Below are positions 12,624 to 20,000 of a stretch of DNA of 20,000 nt, one piece after another. The DNA is from Halocafeteria seosinensis. Lineage: Eukaryota. The stretch is from the NCBI GenBank assembly GCA_001687465.1, contig LVLI01000185.1, positions 44,048-64,047 on the forward strand, read 5' to 3'. Under the pieces are notes generated by a model. That model had not been told where the DNA came from. It saw only the letters and a program-made list of their open reading frames with translations, and did not search any database. Position numbers and translations under genes: made by a program. Each line of letters begins with the position of its first letter. The stretch's first letter is position 1.

Positions 12624-13212
12624 GACTCACCAGGTGTATATAAGGGGGAAACGAAACATTAACAACTACCATCTACTGTAGCGTGGGTACAGCTGTTCAA
12701 TAACGTCCGCTGCAAGGCAGTCACTGCCTGCAGTGCAGGCCAGTCGGAGGTGTAGATTCTTGAAGATGTACATAAATAGGAGGAATGTCTAGCGCCAGTG
12801 CCTACATGACATCTCATGGATACTATTGTAATGCATATGCTTTATCTTGACACACCACATCTCTTGCAGGAGTACCTTATACCCATAGAGAATCTTGGCA
12901 GAGGAACTGCGTCTGTAACGACGCCACTTGAGAGATAGGCCACAAGGCACAGAAAGAGAAATACACAGTGCATTCGAACATGTATGCTGCTTTGTATACT
13001 AAATCATATCTCTATGGTCGTGGATAGTAAAACCCCCTTTTTATCATTCTTGGAGAGGGAAGTCGTCACAGAGTGTGTGAGGCACGGAAGGCTGTCCTGA
13101 CGAGAAGCACATTATCTGTACTAGTAGATTCCGTAGACTCCGTAGCCTCCGTGGAAACGCAAACACCAGACCGTATGGCAGCACTGCCGTGCCATTTGGT
13201 TTCGATTCACAA

Positions 13213-16069
13213 TCAGCTCGGCCCAGGTATTAGACGCCTCGACGTCTGCTCAATCTTGAATGACTTGGGCTTCCGGTTCAGCTGATGCATCGCCGAATGA
13301 TATACAGGGCTGCATTTAGCATATTTATCGCTCCATCGTATATGATCTTGACTATCTTGCCTTCTCTCGCTTCGCACTTGCGACAGACGGCTATTTGCCT
13401 CTAGCCTCTCTTTTCTCTGCAAATGCTCTTCATACCGCTCGGCAGTCTTACGAATATTAACATCCACCACAGCATTGACCGTACTGGGGGTATTTTGCGG
13501 TCCCCTAATCGATATTGGTACATGCTCAACTTCTTCTCGTTTTCCGTCACTTAGATCCAAGAATGCCTTGAGCCCAAGGGAACCAGGAGTGCGTGGTTTA
13601 CTGCGGAGAGCATTGTGAAACTTCTTGAATAACATGGATCGTTCCATATAGCTCTTAGCCCCAACGCTCGACCGAGCGGCCTTAGTGATGGGGGGAGAGT
13701 GGCCTCCACTGTTGCTTTCGCATGATAAATACGAGCCGGTTGATCGGCGCATCAACTTTTCCCCACTCGGCGTGCTGTTTGACGCATCCTCATTCTCCGG
13801 ATCTCGTCCAAAACGAGAAGGAGAGGGTGCGGTAAAAAAGTTGCCGAAGCCTGATTCAGTTGTTATACAGCGCAATGGTTCATTCTCATCCTCCGCGTCA
13901 TTCTTATTCTTGCTTACATTGTAGCGCCTCATCGAGATCAGATAGATGTTCTTTTCCAGTTGCGGTTGTTGCAGTCCCATTCGCTTGTCAATTTGGCTGG
14001 TAAGAGCAACTCGACGCTTGTTCACATCACTCACTGGTAAAGGCTTTCGACCTGGACCTGGTTGCGGAGGAGAGAGTGTATATTCCGAATCCTTCTCTGG
14101 GACGATAGGCGGAGCTAAAGATTTTAGAGAAGCCGAGTCCCTAATGGGGACACCATCCTTCTTGCGACATAGAGCTCCAGTGCCCAATATCCCTGCCGCC
14201 GTAAGGAGTGACGGAGATTCCTGATTCTTTAGTTTTGGCTGGTTAAATTCAATTTTGACGTACTTCCCACAAGAATATACAACAACAGACTTATGCGAAG
14301 ACTGCCCGTGATTCGATGTCTTCCTCTTTTCACTCATCACTTCCTTGCTCTGTTTGTCAGTTTCTATGGCTTGCTTCGAGCTATTTCCGTTTCGTGGGGT
14401 ACCATATACTCGCCGTTTTAGGCTACGCACCGCCTCATCTACCAAGACATCGTTTCTGGCAGCTTTCTGGAGTTTGCTCTTCCGCTCTGCTTTCCGGAAA
14501 CTGGAAACACTAGAGGGATTATTGAAAAAAGCCCCATATGGCTTATCCGTTGCTCCCAGCGTCTCGACGAATTTTGAATGGAGGTATCTGGTGGCTGACT
14601 TCGTCCTCATTCGATTCAGCTCTAAGCCTGTTAACTGCTGTGAAGCGAGCTTCGAATGCAGTTCATCTAATTCTGCCGAGGAAGGCTCACCCTCCGCAAA
14701 GTCAAACAACTCTTCCATTATGTCTTTTTTCTCGTCCAGTGTTGAAGAGTCTTTTCCTTCTTTGTGGTCACCGATAGCCAGGAGATGCAACAGTTGCTTC
14801 GTTTCCAAAACTATTGCCTCAACAACTGACGTAGCTACCAAATTCGCTCGATATAAGTGGCCATTTACTATTTCATAAGCTCCAAATATTGAACCTGACT
14901 CAAGTTGCTGCACTAATAATCTTTGTGCCGTCACTATTTCGGCGACTTCCCGCTCTTCCAGGTAGCCCTTCTTGCACTGCTCTTCCTCTTCTCCAGTACT
15001 AACACTTCTACTCTTCTCGGTGTTCGGAAAATTATGGTATCGCACTGCATTCAATCGGTCTACGTAATCAATATCGGTGTCCTCACAGTCTGTTCCCCAA
15101 CGCAGTGGGACTGATATCGGTTTATTTTGCTGCATCATTTCTGCTAAATATTGGGATTTTGCTCGTCCACGTGCTGCGCGAGCAATGTCGCTCACTCTCG
15201 CTGAAGGCAATACAAATTTTAGAGTCGTAAACACGTCCCGTTGTACTTCGCACCTCCCTCTGCGGATAATGTACAGTTCCTGTGGGGGGCTATCCTGATG
15301 CACAATTACCTGCCCTGGTTGATACAAGCGCTGGCTCATTACTCCAAAGAGTCTTAACAGGCGCAGTCTCGAACAGCCTTTGAATAAGTGTAATTTCGAC
15401 AAGAAGTCAACGACATCCCATGTAATCTGTTCGCGAAAAGGCGTCGATGCCACTTCGAAGTCAGATGCGGTAATATAAAGGAGTTCAGTCTGATTTCCTT
15501 TATACATTGAGGTCGCGATAGCAGTTACATTGTGATAGCTACTATGAATAATGTCCACCACGCCAAATGTATCGCCCGGTTCACACGTACAAATTGTTTC
15601 ACCTCCTGCAACAATAGTAACTTGTCCACTAAAGACAATGTGCAACGTATCATCTGCTCTGTCTATACCCTCCTGGAGTATGATATCACCAAAACCGAGT
15701 TTCTTGTACTGGACGAACTTTGCCAAAGCACGTAACCTTGCTGGTTGGAAATTACTGAATGCATCGACGAACTGGAGCCACTCGGCGATCATATCTATAT
15801 CTGTTGACGATCGATCCAGTGGATGCTTCCTGTGGAAAACATGTTGAGGCGTTCACTACGGGCTGAAATTTCAGGACACAGTAATCAGTTTTGGCAACAT
15901 ACGAGCAAAGTCTCTCCTGACGGGTCTTGACGTTGATCGCCTGGAAATCCTTTCGTTCAGTGATCCATCTGTAAAAGTACGCGCCACTATGAGCTCAGTT
16001 TCATCATAAGTAACAGGATGACTCATTCACGCACTTTAGTCGCTGGTTCGTTTCCGGGTCTTGCGCCAT
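13213..16069 (-). CDS. Tandem cyclic-nucleotide-binding (cNMP) domain protein (CNBD2-like) with a long disordered C-terminus, ~905 aa
   Basis: 859-aa ORF plus inferred 5' exons 16069-16035 and 15968-15903 spliced to 15829. Domain 1: GDIILQEG...LHIVFSGQV...PGDTFG...TAIA. Domain 2: PGQVIVHQDSPPQELYIIRRGRCEV...[insert]...LESGSIFG...YRANLVA. KHPLDRSSTDIDMI precedes domain 1. The start codon is uncertain. Confidence 0.82.
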
Positions 16070-16975
16070 TGTGACAGTGGTTTTCCTCGGAGTCGTCTAT
16101 CACCTTTACGGAGCTCGAATGACTCGATTCAGCATCCAGTCGTAAATGCTCTGGCTAGCCACATGCGGACGGAAGTGAAATGTACCCAAAAGTACTCCTT
16201 GTTTGGCCACAATTCATCGATTTACGCGCAAGTTCAACGTAAGACAAAAGCATGCTTTCCCTAAACGTTCACACTCGTACTTACACGTGCGTCTAAATAT
16301 TATACTACTACAATGATTCGAATCGTCAGGCCTGTGTCTGTAGCGCTCCAACAATTCGTGTATCCAGTTGTTGATCTTAGCCTTCAACAACGTGACAAAA
16401 CTCAACTGGTGACCGAGAGAGAACAAGAATCAGAGACAGACTACGTGGGGTGACGCTGAGACGAAAGTGATTAGTATGCAAGCTATAACAGTTATCAGTG
16501 CAATATGTGCGTGTAGTTTAGACACTAGAACTGGCTAGGACTCCTGTGGTACAACACAACACTATGTAGAGTGCCAGTAAGAGTTTTAGTGGATTACACC
16601 ACTGATCTACCTGTATTTCCTAGTTTGTGGAATCAAGAAAAAGTGGGAATGACAGTTTTGAGAAAGCCAAAGCTACTATTCTAGTAAGAATCCAACTCCA
16701 CCGTAATCTAGCACTCTTTCGAAACACCTAACACCTATGGACACACCAGAGTAGACAGAATGCTTCCGTTGTAGATACGAAAATCCCCGATGTTATCTTT
16801 CGCACCGATATTACTATGTGCTATTGCGGCGAAAAACTTAATAGCTCACCTGGCTGACAAGATTTTTTGTAGTCCTAGTCTATCCCGTCTCCCATTGAAA
16901 CGTCGCTGCATATCGCTGCATTTGGAGCCAGTGAGTTCCGCAGATATTGCCTAAGATCGCATAGAAATCGGAAAA

Positions 16976-19696
16976 TCAGTGGAGCAAGGACGTTACCATC
17001 GGCAGGAATCCAATACGCATTGATTGATCTTCTTGACTGGTTGGAGGAAGGAACTCAGTCGATTGTGCCAACATGCGACATACGAGTCTGAAGTCTTCAG
17101 GAAACATGGTCCATAGATGTGGCTGGTGATATTCCGCCCACTGCTTTAATTTCCCACGAGAAATGGCGTTTCGAGTCGACCCTTCAACACTAGTATCACT
17201 CGATGGACCACAACATAGATATCGTACTTTCATGGCGGGATACGGTGAATCCCCATTTTCCCAACACGCTAATGGGAGTGTATCACCCACTTCGGAGAGC
17301 AGTTTCATCTTTTTTGGTATGTATGGTTGATAATGACCACTCATACTGGTATTCCAATTTAACACAGTGATAGCGAGAGCCGGAGAATCCGAGCCAAGAA
17401 GCCTAGAAAGCAACCCTTGAGTGCCCGTTTCCTGCCCCAAAGCGATGCATGTGCCCAGTCCCACTTCCGAAACGTGGGCGGGAATCTCCAATCCATCTTC
17501 CAAACTCGAAGAAGGGCAGATAAAAAATCGATAGATGCTGTAGGCGTTGGACAAAGAGAATAGATCAGAACTCAATCGATGGGCAGGAGAAAACGTATAG
17601 AATTCAGTTGAAGTCTGCAACGGCGCAGACTGTACTTGCCCGGCATCCAGAGTTACCTTGTCACTGAAGAAATACAAGGACGGCTGAGGCTCCGCACGCG
17701 TCGCAGCGCCACTAAAACATTTTGGGAAAACCTCATTTAACGACACAGCAGATCGGTGCACTCCGGTTTGTAGCGAAGCAACGCAAATACCTAGAAGACA
17801 ACGGCAGCGTCTACAGCGGATGGCTGCTAACTCAGGGCTCTCTTGTCCCGGATTCGAGAGCCTAGCAGCGCGAGAGAACGTATCCCAGGTGAACGTTTTT
17901 AAATTCACGGTGTCCGTAGATACATTCAGGATGGAAGAGGATGTGTTTATGTCCCATCTTCGATTGTGGAATGAAAGCTTGCAACCTGATGACATAATAT
18001 CGACAGGATGCAACATCAAGCATCGGTCAGCGATTCCAATGCTATGTGGACGGGCCGTCACGTCCTCTCGGGGAAGAAGATGTCCTCGTTCGTTGGAGTG
18101 ACACAGCCAAAATTCACTCCATTCGTGCCAGTTCGAGCTCGGGAGATCAAACGCGTTCTCAACATCAGAAACAAGCCACAACTTATTCATACAAAATCGG
18201 CAGAGCCCATCACACTTAGCAACTTCTTCATGTATCTGCTTTCGGCTATGCCGCTGCTTCCTGTCCGGAACCGCCTCCCCGCGGTAATACAGTGGAAGCC
18301 TAAGGCTTACATGGTCTTCCCTGATATGAAGTATACCTCTTTCAAGTTCAAGTCGGTAAGGAAACGAAAGTTTAAGGAAAAACTGACGAGGCTGAATACT
18401 ATATTTATTTGCAAGTTCCTCCGGGATAGAAAAATAAGCCAAAAGGCAGCCATTCCTTACAGAGAACGCCGGGCACCACGCTTTAGGAAGGTCCTTTAGT
18501 CCAGGCACGTGGATGTAGAGTTGATAAACAGATATTTTTGGTTGTTTTTCTAGACAGAAATTGGGTCGTCTGAATCGCTCTTTCGGAAAAGGTCCTGTTG
18601 ATGGGACGGCTGGCAAAGATGGGCCCAGAATTTCGGTAGTTGCACTTGGTTCTTTGTGTGTTCTCCGTGGGCGATCCGTGAAGTGAGGACTGTCCAATGC
18701 TTCACTACACGCCGACAATCTAAACGGAACGCTTACCCCAGCGACGTATCCTTGTGAAGTCACCAACGCCGTAAAGTATACCCCTTCCTCACTAGGGAGT
18801 GTCATAGAAACGGTGCCCTCGAGAACGGAGGGTAACTCTAATACTGCCGATGATGCGATCATATCTGTTCGCCGGCCGAGTGCTGTAAAAAGTTCCTCAA
18901 AAGAGTCTGGCCGTTCGTCAGTTCTCAGAGAGCTTATCACTCTCTGAATTGCTGGGATATTTGACAACGGATCCAAGAACTCTACCTTGTAATGATCCTG
19001 CTGAGGGTTGAGTAGTTCCCAGACATCCTCGCGATGTATTTCTTCCCTTGGTTCCCGCGGAAGTTTATAAAGAGCAATGTAGTCGAACTCAGACGGACTG
19101 GAAACTTCCTCACTCCCGTACTCTTCATCAAAGGGAAACGTCTCCCCCCGTTGGTGCGACACCAACCTACCCAAAGCGGAGCGGTCGTGAACACTGGAGA
19201 GAGGAATTTCGTACTGAAGGGTCATTATAGATCCAGGGGTTGGGACGTTGGTGATTTCATTTCCCTTTCGAACTGACTCAATGTGGATGTTTGCCAAATA
19301 CGGGGGTCGCGTTCCTTCTTCAGGGCGACGCTCCTGAGGAGGCTGCTTAAAGTCTTCTACCGGTACTGTCTGCTCCTCACGATACTGCGCAGTATGGACA
19401 GAGGATTCTTGATCCACTTCTTTCGACAATGATTTAACCACATTATCGAATGCTTTCGATGATTCCTGTTTGGCTCGATTCTCTTGTGAAAGTGCCGAAT
19501 CAGCCTCATGCTGAGCGCGTTGGACCCTGCTTCCGGGCAGACAAACACCCGATAAATATAATATGATAAAAAAACTCAAAATATCTACGTACTCTGCTCT
19601 GAGAGCATCTACCCGAGCTCTAGCATCTTCTTTAGCTTGCTGAGCCTTGCGAATTTGCTCCCGGAGTCTCTCTTCTTCCCGTCGCTTGTCCTCCAT
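16976..19696 (-). CDS. UBE3D: UBE3D/Ipa1-like (HECT_2, E2C-binding) protein with a ~355-aa N-terminal extension, ~884 aa, 2 exons
   Basis: 914-codon ORF; the first ATG is at 19696 and there is a probable 66-nt in-frame intron at 19527-19592. HECT_2 hallmarks: CRFC followed by LPSSNWHEWSEFWLCH, a second CRRC pair, and C-terminal LAQSTEFLPP...RIGFL. FCLEKQPKISVYQLYI resembles the normal UBE3D N-terminal strand. Confidence 0.78.
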   Translation of the reverse strand: MEDKRREEERLREQIRKAQQAKEDARARVDALRAEYVDILSFFIILYLSGVCLPGSRVQRAQHEADSALSQENRAKQESSKAFDNVVKSLSKEVDQESSVHTAQYREEQTVPVEDFKQPPQERRPEEGTRPPYLANIHIESVRKGNEITNVPTPGSIMTLQYEIPLSSVHDRSALGRLVSHQRGETFPFDEEYGSEEVSSPSEFDYIALYKLPREPREEIHREDVWELLNPQQDHYKVEFLDPLSNIPAIQRVISSLRTDERPDSFEELFTALGRRTDMIASSAVLELPSVLEGTVSMTLPSEEGVYFTALVTSQGYVAGVSVPFRLSACSEALDSPHFTDRPRRTHKEPSATTEILGPSLPAVPSTGPFPKERFRRPNFCLEKQPKISVYQLYIHVPGLKDLPKAWCPAFSVRNGCLLAYFSIPEELANKYSIQPRQFFLKLSFPYRLELERGILHIREDHVSLRLPLYYRGEAVPDRKQRHSRKQIHEEVAKCDGLCRFCMNKLWLVSDVENAFDLPSSNWHEWSEFWLCHSNERGHLLPREDVTARPHSIGIADRCLMLHPVDIMSSGCKLSFHNRRWDINTSSSILNVSTDTVNLKTFTWDTFSRAARLSNPGQESPELAAIRCRRCRCLLGICVASLQTGVHRSAVSLNEVFPKCFSGAATRAEPQPSLYFFSDKVTLDAGQVQSAPLQTSTEFYTFSPAHRLSSDLFSLSNAYSIYRFFICPSSSLEDGLEIPAHVSEVGLGTCIALGQETGTQGLLSRLLGSDSPALAITVLNWNTSMSGHYQPYIPKKMKLLSEVGDTLPLACWENGDSPYPAMKVRYLCCGPSSDTSVEGSTRNAISRGKLKQWAEYHQPHLWTMFPEDFRLVCRMLAQSTEFLPPTSQEDQSMRIGFLPMVTSLLH

Positions 19697-19803
19697 GATT
19701 TTCCCCCCATTCCCATTCAATATAGAACACCTCCTCCGTTAACTAACCGTGGCCGCAATCCACATTCAATACTGGCACGAACATACAAATTGTACGCAGA
19801 GCT

Positions 19804-19906
19804 GGGATATTTCGGGGGTCCGGTATCGGGGGTTTTTTCGGGGGCCCCGCCAGATTCTCTTCCGTACAGCTTGTTTTTTCGGGGCTATATGGTGAAATTT
19901 CGGGGG
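19804..19906. repeat. Cluster of five TCGGGG(G) motifs, four of them preceded by T runs
   Basis: TCGGGG(G) at 19812-19818, 19826-19832, 19838-19844, 19879-19884 and 19900-19906, about 115-210 bp upstream of the UBE3D-like ATG. Confidence 0.7.
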
Positions 19907-20000
19907 CACAGTTGTCAGTGAACCAATGATGGAACATGAGCCGATTTAGGCACAGAAATAACGTGTAATTCGAGTGGTGCAACAACGTACTCTCTACTGA

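Noticed and set aside
13066..13215. Possible TGA readthrough or selenocysteine extension of the cNMP protein, including a 9-bp triple repeat (gattccgta gactccgta gcctccgtg) that reads STEATESTES in frame
   Set aside because: Two TGAs lie one codon apart, there is no redox motif or recognisable SECIS, and a 27-bp imperfect repeat is unremarkable in a 3' UTR.
16070..16975. 900-bp intergenic stretch rich in TAG/CTA, as a possible ncRNA, transposon relic or recoded gene
   Set aside because: I found no terminal repeats, tRNA/snRNA motifs or recognisable translation. All neighbouring genes are consistent with the standard code. An Rfam/cmscan search would settle the ncRNA question.
19926..20000. 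Possible C/D snoRNA (ATGATGG ... CTGA)
   Set aside because: Box C is imperfect, no terminal stem can be checked at the window edge, and I recognise no rRNA-complementary guide.

Overview
Gene-dense eukaryotic (protist-like) genomic DNA with short GT-AG introns. I placed 22 introns of 59-99 nt by hand, and the supplied ORF track fragments or mis-starts most genes because of them. Eight protein-coding genes are reconstructed: (1) a 3'-truncated low-complexity hypothetical protein (-); (2) an organellar-type DEAD-box RNA helicase (-); (3) a mitochondria-targeted fusion of an acyl-CoA-binding (ACBP) domain and 2,4-dienoyl-CoA reductase (+); (4) Elongator subunit ELP3 with a ~65-aa insertion in the acetyltransferase domain (-); (5) a RABL6/RBEL1-like GTPase with a predicted N-myristoylation site and a long acidic tail carrying repeated FFAT-like motifs (+); (6) a small two-TM protein with a PH-like region and an RG-rich tail (-); (7) a tandem cNMP-binding-domain protein (-); (8) a UBE3D/HECT_2-like protein with an N-terminal coiled coil and a putative SKICH-like domain (-). 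I found no RNA genes, mobile elements or CRISPR arrays. The most interesting signals are the unusual domain architectures and a cluster of five TCGGGG(G) motifs upstream of gene 8. All family calls come from motif recognition; no searches were run.
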